This document shows positions 8,954 to 18,095 of a stretch of DNA of 41,320 nucleotides, piece by piece. The translations under genes were made by a program, and so were the position numbers. Numbering within the stretch: the stretch's first letter is position 1; each line of letters starts with the position of its first letter. Under the pieces are notes generated by a model. The model was not told the DNA's origin and made no database searches. It saw only the letters and a program-made list of their open reading frames with translations. Location: sequence record DRR723986_8093. One strand, given 5' to 3'.

Positions 8954-9442
8954 ATGAAGCTGGACCGTCTGGATCGACGAATCCTGGAGCTGATGCAGCG
9001 CAACGGCAGAATCAGCAACCTCGAACTGGCCGATGCCGTCGGTCTTTCCCCTACCCCCTGCTCCCGGCGGGTCAAGCGCCTGGAGGAGTCGGGTCTGATC
9101 CGCGGCCATGTCACGCTGCTAAACCAGTCCATGCTCGGCCTGAAACTCACCGCCTATATCACTATAGCCATGGATCGCCATACGCCGGACCGCTTCGAGG
9201 CCTTCGAACAGGAGGTCGGCAGCTACCCGGAGGTGATGGATTGTGCAGTGGTTACCGGCCAGGCGGCAGACTATCTGGTCAAGGCGGTGGTGCCTGATAT
9301 GGAGTACTACGAGCGCTTCCTGCTGGGGCGCCTGACCCGGATCCCCGGGGTTACCGGGGTCCAGTCCAGCTTCGAGCTCAGGCGGGTAATCCAGCGCACC
9401 GAGCTACCCCTGGATCACATCGACAGCGGCGCTGATAAGTAA
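8954..9442 (+). CDS. Lrp/AsnC family transcriptional regulator
   Basis: LDRLDRRILELMQRNGRISNLELADAVGLSPTPCSRRVKRLE HTH; C-terminal RAM domain; SD AGGAG. Confidence 0.96.
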   Translation: MKLDRLDRRILELMQRNGRISNLELADAVGLSPTPCSRRVKRLEESGLIRGHVTLLNQSMLGLKLTAYITIAMDRHTPDRFEAFEQEVGSYPEVMDCAVVTGQAADYLVKAVVPDMEYYERFLLGRLTRIPGVTGVQSSFELRRVIQRTELPLDHIDSGADK

Positions 9443-9470
9443 CCGCTTACTACTCGAAAAGCCCCTGTGA

Positions 9471-11315
9471 TCAACGGGTTCTTTCCGCCAGAGACCAGGG
9501 CGGAAACTCGGCGCAGCCGAGCGCCTGGTACTCTCGCGTATCGAAGAAATCCTCGGTACCACCGTTATCGAGAAACAGGCTGACGTACATGCTGCAGCGG
9601 GTACTCGCCTCCGTCAGACGGGGGTCGTTGCGCAGGCGCTCCTTCAGCCGTTCCGCGGTCATGGTGTCGTCGGAGAGGCGCAAGCCGCCACCGGCGGGAG
9701 AATCCAGCACCATGAATTGCTCTGCCGCCGACGACCAGGGCTGCCAGGGCGGCAGATCGCCGGCTCGGCCGCTGCCGGGATCACCACTGTGGGCGAAGGC
9801 ACCCCAGTAGTCGCGCATGGCCTTGCCCAGGTACTCACGGCCGGGCCGGTTCTCCTCGGTAAACAGGCCCGGGACGAAGCTTGAAATGAGCGGTCCCCAG
9901 ATGAAATCCAACTCGACGGCGTGAGCCGCGCCCAGCATCCCGGGCAGGTCGACCAGCAGGTTGGACTTGCCCTCATCCCAGTCAAAGCGGTAGGCGTACA
10001 CCGGCACATCGGCGCCAGAGCCGGCGATCGCGGCGGCGGCCTCGTCAACCGCCAGCATCTTCCAGCGATCACTGAGATACGCCGCCAGCCAGTCGTAGGC
10101 CTCCGGGTCTCGGATCCGCGGAATGACCCCGAACCAGCGCTTCACGTACTCCGGGTTCATGGCCAGGAACAGCTTCATCTCGTCCCGGTTGGTGCCGGTA
10201 ATCAACGGCACCTGGTTCCAGCGTGCCGGGTCGGCGAGCACTGCCAGCAGCGAATCCTCGGGCAGCACCGTGCCATCGCGGAAGTGCTGGGGTGCGCGGT
10301 ACATACCTCCCGCTACTTTGAGCGGGGCGAACAGCTGTTCAACCGTGAGTTCGCGCAGGAACGCGGCGAGCTCTTCCGCGCCCAGCGTGTCCTGTATTGC
10401 CCGCGCCTGCTCCGCGTCGGGGGCGCGCTCGGTGGTTTGCAGCCAGGTCAACAGCAGCTCCCGACTGCTCAGGCCGGCCCCGGGGCGCGGATCATCGCGG
10501 TAGTTTTCCGCCCTGGACAGGGTAGTGGTGCCAGCGAGGCCGCTCTGGGCAATGGCCCCGTGGAAAAGCCCTTCGGCGAGCGGCATCGCCAGCAGGGCAA
10601 ACACGTTGCGACCGCCGGCAGATTCACCAAAGATGGTAACCCGGTCCGGGTCGCCACCGAATTCGCGGATATTGTTCTGCACCCACTCGAGGGCCGCGAT
10701 CATATCCAGGTTGCTGAAATTGCCCGAGGCCTCGCGTGCCCCGGAGGCGGTTTCGCGCAGGGCCGGGTGGCTGAGCCAGCCCAGGATGCCAAGACGGTAA
10801 TTTATCGACACCACGACTACGCGCTGTTCAGCCGCCAGCGCCCTGCCGTCATAGGTGCTGCCCGTGCCAATGCTGTTACCGCCACCGTGAAGCCAGAACA
10901 TCACCGGCAGGGGCTCACTCTGCGGATCCAAGCGCGGCGCATAGATATCCAGCGACAGGCAATCCTCCTGGCCGATCAATTCACCCTGGCGACCCCCTTC
11001 CGTGGCCGCCAGCGCCGAGCCGTATTGGGGGCAGACCGGGCCGTGCTCGATCATCGGCCGCGGCTCGGACCAGGGGTCGGGAAGGCGCGGCGCGCGCCAG
11101 CGCAAGTCGCCCACCGGCGGCGCAGCGTAGGGGATCCCAAGCCAGGAATACGTCTCGCTGTCACCGGCGAAGCCTACTACCGGCCCGACTGTGGTGTAGC
11201 GCAGGCTGGCAGGTTCCGGCGTAGGCGGTTCGGGAGCAGGCTCGTCAGGGAAGAACTGGAGGGACAGGCCGATCACGACCAGTATCAGGCCAATCGCCAG
11301 CAGCAGCTTGTTCAA
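9471..11315 (-). CDS. Type-B carboxylesterase (family VII, PnbA-like) with N-terminal signal/anchor
   Basis: GIPYAAPPVGDLRWRAP, EDCLSLDI, HGGG oxyanion hole, GESAG nucleophile, NRDE and AAHAVEL; TTG start at 11315 with GGGAG SD. Confidence 0.92.
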   Translation of the reverse strand: MNKLLLAIGLILVVIGLSLQFFPDEPAPEPPTPEPASLRYTTVGPVVGFAGDSETYSWLGIPYAAPPVGDLRWRAPRLPDPWSEPRPMIEHGPVCPQYGSALAATEGGRQGELIGQEDCLSLDIYAPRLDPQSEPLPVMFWLHGGGNSIGTGSTYDGRALAAEQRVVVVSINYRLGILGWLSHPALRETASGAREASGNFSNLDMIAALEWVQNNIREFGGDPDRVTIFGESAGGRNVFALLAMPLAEGLFHGAIAQSGLAGTTTLSRAENYRDDPRPGAGLSSRELLLTWLQTTERAPDAEQARAIQDTLGAEELAAFLRELTVEQLFAPLKVAGGMYRAPQHFRDGTVLPEDSLLAVLADPARWNQVPLITGTNRDEMKLFLAMNPEYVKRWFGVIPRIRDPEAYDWLAAYLSDRWKMLAVDEAAAAIAGSGADVPVYAYRFDWDEGKSNLLVDLPGMLGAAHAVELDFIWGPLISSFVPGLFTEENRPGREYLGKAMRDYWGAFAHSGDPGSGRAGDLPPWQPWSSAAEQFMVLDSPAGGGLRLSDDTMTAERLKERLRNDPRLTEASTRCSMYVSLFLDNGGTEDFFDTREYQALGCAEFPPWSLAERTR

Positions 11316-11427
11316 GGGCTTTCTCCCGGTGCAAAACTGCCACTTTAACTGGCCGAATACAGACTTGCGAGTCCGGCCGAGCAACCACAGCATGCGCATT
11401 CAATTTTGAACTGCATTCGGGGTCCCG

Positions 11428-12207
11428 ATGGAAGATATGTCCGGCAAGGTAGCGTTGGTAACTGGCGGCGGCAGCGGCATGGGCCGGATAATCGCCCGGC
11501 GGCTGGCACAACGCGGCGCCCGGGTCGCGCTGTTTGATGTCAATGAAGCGGGCATGCTGGAAACTGCAGACGGTGACGATCGGCTGGTCGCCTATCGCTG
11601 CGATATTTCGTCGCCGGAAGAGATCGAATCGCGCCTGGCGGCTGTGGAGAACGACCTGGGAGCAGTCGATCACCTGGTACACGCGGCCGCGCTGATGCCT
11701 GGCCACCAGTTGATGGACCAGAGTCACGGCAGCCTCGAACGCCTGTTCCGGATAAACTTTTTTGGCACGGTTTACATGGTCAAAGCCGTGCTGCCGGGGA
11801 TGCTGGCCCGGAACAGCGGCCGCGTGATTGTGTTTGGCTCGGTCGCCGGGCACGCCCTGGTGCCGCGGATGGGCGCCTACTGCGCAACCAAGTCCGCAGT
11901 GAACACCTACATGGAGGTTCTGCAGAACGAATTGCGCGACAGCGCAGTCAATATTCACCTGATTTGCCCGCCCGCCGTCAACACGCCCCTGGTGGACCAG
12001 ACCCTGGCCACCGACAGCCCTGGAAGCATCATCGAGGCCAAGAAAGCCGGGCGCCTGTCGGATCCCGAGAAAATCGTCGATGCCATCGACAAGGGCATCG
12101 CCAAAAACAAGGCCATCATCTTTCCCGGGGAAGCCCGCCTGCTGCTGCTCTGGCACGCCCTGTTTCCCGGCCTGTGGTGGAAAACCGTGCTCAAGTTCGA
12201 GCGCTGA
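11428..12207 (+). CDS. Short-chain dehydrogenase/reductase
   Basis: TGGGSGMG cofactor motif and YCATK catalytic motif. Confidence 0.93.
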   Translation: MEDMSGKVALVTGGGSGMGRIIARRLAQRGARVALFDVNEAGMLETADGDDRLVAYRCDISSPEEIESRLAAVENDLGAVDHLVHAAALMPGHQLMDQSHGSLERLFRINFFGTVYMVKAVLPGMLARNSGRVIVFGSVAGHALVPRMGAYCATKSAVNTYMEVLQNELRDSAVNIHLICPPAVNTPLVDQTLATDSPGSIIEAKKAGRLSDPEKIVDAIDKGIAKNKAIIFPGEARLLLLWHALFPGLWWKTVLKFER

Positions 12208-12279
12208 AGCCGGCACAGTATCGCGCGATACCCGGGATCATCCGCGCTGGTTACCCGGCTGGTGTAAGATGCCCGCCCC

Positions 12280-13515
12280 ATGACCGCTCGCAAACTCGAC
12301 CCTGAATCTCCCCGTATGCTGGCCCTGCTGGCGGCGCTGGTAGCGCTCGGCCCGCTGACCGTCGACATGTACCTGCCCGCCATGCCCGGGATGATGCTGG
12401 CGTTCAATACCGATATCGCTCACATGCACCTCACCCTGAGCGCTTATCTGTGGGGCTTCTCGATCTTCCACCTGTTCTGCGGGCCGCTGGCGGACCGCTT
12501 CGGCCGGCGACCCATAATTCTCTGGGGTACCGCGCTGTTCGTGCTGGCATCCGTGGGCTGCGCGCTCTCCACAACGGTCACCGAACTGACGGTTTACCGC
12601 CTGTTTCAGGGTATTGGCGCCTGCGTTGGGCCTACCCTGGCACGGGCTGTGACCCGGGACCTGTTCGGCCCCCAGCGAGCCGCGCGCGCACTGTCGCTAA
12701 TCGCGATGTTGATGGCGCTGGCACCGGCTATCGCCCCCGGGCTGGGCGGTATCATGCTGCGCTTCCTGCCCTGGCCTTTCGTATTCCTGTTTCTCGCGGC
12801 CTACGGTCTGTTGATGTTTTTCCTGATCAGTCGCTACCTCGGGGAGAGCCTGCCGGCTCCCCAGACGCTGCACCCCGTTGGCATACTGCGCAACTACCTG
12901 GAGTTGGTGCGGGAACCGATCTTTCTCGCCATCTGCACCGCCAGCGCGTTGATCTACGCCGGCCTCATGATCTATCTCGCCGCCTCAGGGTTCGTCTTCG
13001 TCAATATGCTGGGTGTGCCCGTCGAATATTTCGGCCTGGTTTTCACAAGCTCGGTGATCGGCTACATGTGCGGCAGCGGTTTGAGCGCGCGTCTGGCCCT
13101 GAAGCGGCGCTCCGAAAGCGTGGTCCTGCTCGGCTGCTGCCTGGCCATACTGTCCAGTCTGCTGATGAGCGCAGCCAATTACCTGTGGCCGCTCAGCGTG
13201 CTCGGGCTGGTCCTGCCAATGACCTTGTACTCCCTGTCGATGGGGCTCGTGCTGCCCCACGCCATGGCCATGGCGCTGCGGCCGTTTCCCCACATCGCCG
13301 GCACCGCATCAGCCCTGCTGGGATTTATCCAGATGGGCCTGTCGGCCGTTGCCACCGGGGTCGTGGGCGGCCTGCTGATCGATCGGCCAACCCCGCTCAT
13401 CGGCGCCATGATTACCCTCAATCTCGGCGCCCTGTTGCTGGCAATCCTGGTATTCCGTTACCTGCGCAGCCGGCCCCCCGAAACGGCGTCTGCAGGGCCG
13501 CAGCACAGCGAGTGA
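12280..13515 (+). CDS. Bcr/CflA family MFS efflux transporter
   Basis: DMYLPAMP and GPLADRFGRRP motif A; about 12 TM segments. Confidence 0.93.
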   Translation: MTARKLDPESPRMLALLAALVALGPLTVDMYLPAMPGMMLAFNTDIAHMHLTLSAYLWGFSIFHLFCGPLADRFGRRPIILWGTALFVLASVGCALSTTVTELTVYRLFQGIGACVGPTLARAVTRDLFGPQRAARALSLIAMLMALAPAIAPGLGGIMLRFLPWPFVFLFLAAYGLLMFFLISRYLGESLPAPQTLHPVGILRNYLELVREPIFLAICTASALIYAGLMIYLAASGFVFVNMLGVPVEYFGLVFTSSVIGYMCGSGLSARLALKRRSESVVLLGCCLAILSSLLMSAANYLWPLSVLGLVLPMTLYSLSMGLVLPHAMAMALRPFPHIAGTASALLGFIQMGLSAVATGVVGGLLIDRPTPLIGAMITLNLGALLLAILVFRYLRSRPPETASAGPQHSE

Positions 13516-13590
13516 CCGGGTAGTCCGAACATCCTGACCACCCGCGGGGCTTGTGGCATACTGGCCCGCCCCGCGCCGAGGAGTTCTGCC

Positions 13591-14598
13591 GTGCAATCCG
13601 CTGCCGATGTCACCGCCCTGATCGGGAATACGCCCCTGCTGCACCTGCGTGCGGTATCGGAACGTACCGGCTGCACAATCCTGGGCAAGGCCGAATTCCT
13701 CAATCCCGGCGGCTCGGTCAAGGACCGCACCGCCCTGGGCATTATCCGGGCGGCCGAGCGCAGCGGCGAGTTGGCGCCTGGCGGGCGCATCGTCGAAGGC
13801 ACCGCGGGTAACACCGGGATTGGCCTCACCCTGATCGCCAACGCGCTTGGCTATCAGAGCTCGGTGGTGATGCCGCTGACCCAGAGCAAGGAAAAAATCG
13901 ATTCCCTGGAGCTGCTGGGCGCAGACCTGCACCTGGTGCCGGCCACCTCTTACAGTGACCCCAAACACTACATCCATACCGCCCAACGACTGGCGGAGAA
14001 GTATGCGGCGAGCGAGGCAGCCGGGGCGGTGTGGGCGCGCCAGTTCGACAACCTCGCCAACATGGATATCCACCGCAGCACCACCGGCGCGGAAATCTGG
14101 GAGCAGACCGACGGCAAGGTCGACGGGTTTATCTGCGCGGTTGGGACCGGCGGCACCCTGGCCGGCGTTTCCCTTGCACTCAAAGACCGCAACCCGGGAG
14201 TGGTAATCGGCATTGCAGACCCTGCCGGTGGCTCACTTTACGATTACTACGCCAACGGCGAACTCAAGCCCAGCCCCGGTAACTCCATCATCGAGGGTAT
14301 CGGCATCAATCACGTCACCGACAACGTGGCTGCAGCCCAGGTCGATGTCGCCTACAGCATTGCCGACAACGAGGCGCTGCCCTATGTCTTTGACCTGCTA
14401 CAGCACGAGGGTCTGTGCCTGGGAGGCTCCGCCGGGGTCAATATAGCGGGCGCCGTAAGGCTGGCGGAGCACCTGGGCCCAGGCCATACCATCGTCACCA
14501 TCCTGTGTGACTACGGCAATCGCTACCAGAGCAAGCTGTTCAACCCCGTGTTCCTGGCGAACAAGGGACTCCCGGTGCCGGCCTGGCTGGCCATCTGA
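13591..14598 (+). CDS. Cysteine synthase (O-acetylserine sulfhydrylase family)
   Basis: IGNTPL, KAEFLNPGGSVKDR, EGTAGNTG, GTGGT; GTG start with GAGGAG SD. Confidence 0.93.
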   Translation: MQSAADVTALIGNTPLLHLRAVSERTGCTILGKAEFLNPGGSVKDRTALGIIRAAERSGELAPGGRIVEGTAGNTGIGLTLIANALGYQSSVVMPLTQSKEKIDSLELLGADLHLVPATSYSDPKHYIHTAQRLAEKYAASEAAGAVWARQFDNLANMDIHRSTTGAEIWEQTDGKVDGFICAVGTGGTLAGVSLALKDRNPGVVIGIADPAGGSLYDYYANGELKPSPGNSIIEGIGINHVTDNVAAAQVDVAYSIADNEALPYVFDLLQHEGLCLGGSAGVNIAGAVRLAEHLGPGHTIVTILCDYGNRYQSKLFNPVFLANKGLPVPAWLAI

Positions 14599-14625
14599 AC
14601 TCTCACCAAGCAACGAGGAAACCCC

Positions 14626-15243
14626 GTGAAAATCGGCATCATCAGCGGTAGCCACCGTAACAACTCAGAAAGCGAAAAAGTCGCCCGCTATATCGAACGC
14701 GCGCTCATCGAACAAGGCGCCTGCGATGAAACCTGGCTTTACTCCCTGGCCGGCAACCCCCTGCCCCTGTGGGATGAAGGCATCTGGTCAGGCGACCCGG
14801 ACTGGCAGGAAACCCTCGCCCCGCTGAGCGAGGCACTGCACAGCTGCGATGGTTTCGTTGTGGTTTCACCGGAATGGCACGGGATGGTGCCGGCCGGCCT
14901 GAAGAACTTTTTCCTGATGTGGACCGCCGGCGGCGAACTCGCGCACAAACCGGCGCTAATCGTAACCGTATCCACCGCCGATGGCGGTTCGTTCCCGGTC
15001 GCCGAATTGCGCAACAGCAGCTACAAGAACAGCCGCATATGCTACCTGCCGGAACACCTGATCATTCGCTACGTCGACACCGTGTTCAATGATGACCCCG
15101 CCAAGAACAAGGACAGCGCCCAGACCTATTTTGAGGGCCGGCTGGCCTATTGCCTGGGCATGCTGGGTGAGTACAGTCTGGCGTTCCGCCAGATCCGTGC
15201 CAGTGGCAAGGTTTCGCTGGAGACCTATACCAGCGGCATGTAG
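14626..15243 (+). CDS. NADPH-dependent FMN reductase (flavodoxin-like)
   Basis: IISGSHR, SPEWHGMVPAGLKN and HKPA motifs. Confidence 0.88.
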   Translation: MKIGIISGSHRNNSESEKVARYIERALIEQGACDETWLYSLAGNPLPLWDEGIWSGDPDWQETLAPLSEALHSCDGFVVVSPEWHGMVPAGLKNFFLMWTAGGELAHKPALIVTVSTADGGSFPVAELRNSSYKNSRICYLPEHLIIRYVDTVFNDDPAKNKDSAQTYFEGRLAYCLGMLGEYSLAFRQIRASGKVSLETYTSGM

Positions 15244-15259
15244 CGACGGCGCCGGACGC

Positions 15260-15289
15260 AAAAAAAACGCCGCTGAACAGCGGCGTTTT
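15260..15289. terminator. Bidirectional intrinsic terminator
   Basis: AAAACGCCGCTG-aa-CAGCGGCGTTTT inverted repeat with A/T tails between convergent genes. Confidence 0.88.
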
Positions 15290-15311
15290 ACATTGTGCGT
15301 AGCGCTATCGC

Positions 15312-15950
15312 TTAACTGCCCTGGGCAGCGCGCTCCCTGGCGATCAGGTAGTCGGCTATTTTCAGCATGTTCGCCTGGTTGCCCGCCTTGCGGGTGCTGA
15401 TGCGGTATTTACCATTGACCATCATTTCCGGTGTGCCGGTAATTTTCGCGGCGCGCGCCCGGGAGTTCGCCTGGCGCACCTGGCTGCCCACGCCGAAGGA
15501 ATTGAAGGCCTTGGAGAAATCCTCCGCGGCAACCCCGTTGGCGGCGAACAGCGCGGCAACTTCTTCCTCGCTGGCGAGGCGCTTGCGATCCACGTTCATG
15601 GCCTGGAATATCACCGAGTGCATGGTGTCCAGAACTCCCAGCGCCTCGGCGGCATAAAACACCCGGGCGTGGAGCTCCATGGACTTGTTCCAGATCGCAG
15701 GAGAACCCTGAAAGACAACGTCCTCGCCCAGGGTCTTCTTCCACTGTTGCAGCAATGGCTCGAAGGTGTAGCAATGGCCACAGCCATACCAGAAAAACTC
15801 CGAGATCTCGATCTTGTCCGGGTTCGCAGTGCGGATGGCGGGTGAAATCAGGTCAAAGTGTTCGCCTTCGACCCACACCTGGTCATCCTGGGCCTGGCCC
15901 GCAACTGCGGTGGCCAACAGGACCAGTGACAGGAAAAACTGTTTCAGCAT
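15312..15950 (-). CDS. dsbA: Thiol:disulfide interchange protein DsbA
   Basis: Signal peptide; EFFWYGCGHC; GTP cis-Pro loop; downstream of cytochrome c4 as in Pseudomonas; ATG 15950 with GGAGA SD. Confidence 0.92.
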   Translation of the reverse strand: MLKQFFLSLVLLATAVAGQAQDDQVWVEGEHFDLISPAIRTANPDKIEISEFFWYGCGHCYTFEPLLQQWKKTLGEDVVFQGSPAIWNKSMELHARVFYAAEALGVLDTMHSVIFQAMNVDRKRLASEEEVAALFAANGVAAEDFSKAFNSFGVGSQVRQANSRARAAKITGTPEMMVNGKYRISTRKAGNQANMLKIADYLIARERAAQGS

Positions 15951-15978
15951 GTTCTTCTCCGGGAAAGTGTTCTGCACT

Positions 15979-16005
15979 TGTGACAACGCAATTCGTCACG
16001 GGTTC
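15979..16005 (-). promoter_or_regulatory. Putative sigmaE-type promoter of dsbA
   Basis: GAACCC-N16-TCACA on minus strand, just downstream of the cytochrome c4 terminator. Confidence 0.45.
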
Positions 16006-16015
16006 GACAGCCGAC

Positions 16016-16038
16016 AAAAAAGGTGGCCGTGGCCACCT
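16016..16038 (-). terminator. Intrinsic terminator after cytochrome c4
   Basis: AGGTGGC-cacg-GCCACCT hairpin followed by TTTTT on minus strand. Confidence 0.8.
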
Positions 16039-16059
16039 CGTTATATGTCAGGCGCGGCC

Positions 16060-16695
16060 TTACTTCAGGCCGGCGGCGTAGCTCGATACGGCCTCGATCT
16101 CGAGGTCACTCAGGCCAAAAGCCGTGGTACGCATGATCATGCTGTCGCCGTCATTGGTGCGGCCAGCCGGATCCTCGTAGCCCTTGCGGTACATCCGCAG
16201 CTGGGCGGCAATATACTCCGGATGCTGGCCGGAAAGGGACGGGAAGCCCGCGGGCGCATTGCCCTTGCCATTGGGTGAATGGCAGGCGGTGCAGGCCGCG
16301 ACGTTGCGCTCAAGAAGACCGGCGCGATAGACCTTCTCACCCAGGGCGATCAGTTCGGGATCTGCACTGGCGCCACTGCCAGCCTGGCTGGCGTAGAAAG
16401 CCGCAATGTCAGCCAGGTCCTGGTCAGACATATTGTCGACCTGCCCGACCATGGTCGGTACGGGCCGCCGGCCATCGCGAATATCCTGCATCTGCTTGAA
16501 CAGGTACTTTTGACCCTGCCCGGCGAGTTTGGGGAATGTCGGCACAGCACTGTTACCGTCGGGGCCGTGACAGGCACTACAGGTAACCGCCTTGTCCTTA
16601 CCCGCCGCCGCATCGCCGCTGGGTGCGGGCGTGGCTGCGCTTGCAGCATTGATGCAGCCCAGAAGCAGGCCGCATGCAATCAGTAAATTCTTCAT
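16060..16695 (-). CDS. Diheme cytochrome c4
   Basis: Signal peptide; two CxxCH motifs (CSACH, CTACH); FPKLAGQ and FPSLSGQH. Confidence 0.95.
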   Translation of the reverse strand: MKNLLIACGLLLGCINAASAATPAPSGDAAAGKDKAVTCSACHGPDGNSAVPTFPKLAGQGQKYLFKQMQDIRDGRRPVPTMVGQVDNMSDQDLADIAAFYASQAGSGASADPELIALGEKVYRAGLLERNVAACTACHSPNGKGNAPAGFPSLSGQHPEYIAAQLRMYRKGYEDPAGRTNDGDSMIMRTTAFGLSDLEIEAVSSYAAGLK

Positions 16696-16723
16696 GATTA
16701 TTCCGTTGTCGATGGGCCGCTGC

Positions 16724-17017
16724 TTAGCCGGCCGGTTTGGACATATACTCGATCAGGGCCTTGTAGTCCTCATCAGAGCAGTCAAAGCACATGCCCTTGG
16801 GCGGCATGGCGTTGAGGCCATTCTGGACGGACTGCAGCAGGACGTCCATTCCCTTCGCCAGGCGAGGTTCCCAGGCGGCGCCATCACCGGTCTTGGGCGC
16901 ATTGGCCGCACCGGAGGCATGACAGACGGCACAACTCTTGTTGTACTTGTCCATCACGGGATCGGCAAAAGCGCCGGTAGTCGCCAGGGCGAGCGAGAGA
17001 AACAGAATCTTTTTCAT
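16724..17017 (-). CDS. Cytochrome c5
   Basis: Signal peptide; CAVCH; AMPPKGMCFDC typical of c5. Confidence 0.93.
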   Translation of the reverse strand: MKKILFLSLALATTGAFADPVMDKYNKSCAVCHASGAANAPKTGDGAAWEPRLAKGMDVLLQSVQNGLNAMPPKGMCFDCSDEDYKALIEYMSKPAG

Positions 17018-17135
17018 CGTGAACCTCTTAGCAGTGGACCAAGCCGGCGATGAATACGCAAGCTTTTGAAAATAGTTGAAAAAAGCTGCGGTATTATATA
17101 CGAGTTATATCCACCAAAAAAGGCGAGCGCAGCAC

Positions 17136-17816
17136 GTGCAAAGTAACCCGGATCAGCCCTCTATCGAGCCGCCGAACTACCGTCATGCCGAATTCCTGAC
17201 CAGTGCCGGCAAGCTATCCCAGTGCCCTCCGGACGAGGGCTGGGAAGTGGCGTTTGCCGGGCGCTCCAATGCCGGCAAGTCCAGCGCTATCAACAGCCTC
17301 ACCGCCAATCACAAGCTGGCGCGGACCTCGAAGACCCCGGGACGTACCCAGCTGATCAACTTTTTCCGCCTGAGTGACAGCCAGCGGCTGGTGGATCTTC
17401 CGGGTTACGGCTTCGCCAAGGTGCCGCAGGCGGTCAAACGCGAGTGGACCCGGCAGCTGGAGCTGTACCTGCAGGAGCGCCAGAGCCTGCGCGGGCTGAT
17501 TCTGTTGATGGATGCCCGGCATCCCCTGCAACCTTTCGACCGCCAGATGCTGGATTGGGCGGTAGCCGCCACCATGCCGGTACATATCCTGCTCACCAAG
17601 TCAGACAAACTGAAGAACGGTCCGGCCAAAAGCACCTTGCTAAAGATCCGCGCAGAGCTGGCGGGCCACGCCGACCTGGTCTCGGTACAGCTGTTCTCCG
17701 CCCTCAAGCACACCGGTCACCAGGAACTGATCGCCGTGCTCAACGCCTGGCTAACCGACACCAGTGTGTATGACGATGATGAGCCCGAGGCAGGAATCGA
17801 GGAGGCGCCGGCATAA
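17136..17816 (+). CDS. engB: Ribosome biogenesis GTPase EngB/YihA
   Basis: [28 protein letters not shown]; start uncertain (GTG 17136 chosen). Confidence 0.96.
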   Translation: MQSNPDQPSIEPPNYRHAEFLTSAGKLSQCPPDEGWEVAFAGRSNAGKSSAINSLTANHKLARTSKTPGRTQLINFFRLSDSQRLVDLPGYGFAKVPQAVKREWTRQLELYLQERQSLRGLILLMDARHPLQPFDRQMLDWAVAATMPVHILLTKSDKLKNGPAKSTLLKIRAELAGHADLVSVQLFSALKHTGHQELIAVLNAWLTDTSVYDDDEPEAGIEEAPA

Positions 17817-17854
17817 AAAAACCCGGTCGCCCCTAGGGGTCGGGACAACCGGGT
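17815..17854 (-). terminator. Intrinsic terminator of the sRNA (and possibly polA)
   Basis: ACCCGGTTG...CGACCGGGT stem followed by a T run on minus strand. Confidence 0.82.
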
Positions 17855-17931
17855 CAGCTAGGGTCTCTGGGGAAAGAGACTTGCTCGCTGGCGCCCCATC
17901 GCGGGCCGCCAGGCGTGTAGCATCTGCTACG
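17815..17931 (-). ncRNA. Candidate sRNA at the Spot 42 / ErsA locus
   Basis: Between polA and engB; sigmaE-like promoter upstream; three hairpins then a GC stem with a T7 tail. Confidence 0.7.
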
Positions 17932-17936
17932 GTAAC

Positions 17937-17963
17937 TCTGATCGCCCGATCCCGGAAAAGTTC
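17937..17963 (-). promoter_or_regulatory. sigmaE/AlgU-type promoter
   Basis: GAACTT-N16-TCAGA, matching the RpoE/AlgU consensus GAACTT-N16/17-TCnnA. Confidence 0.75.
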
Positions 17964-18095
17964 CGTCGCTGGCTGCCTCGAATAGCCCGGCAGCAGCGCC
18001 CCCGTTGCCAGCAAGACGCCTAAAGGAGCGAATGTTCGAGGAGCCCGGGGTCCGGCACGAGCTGGAAAACGGGCTCTGCCTGACAGCCTCTTCGG

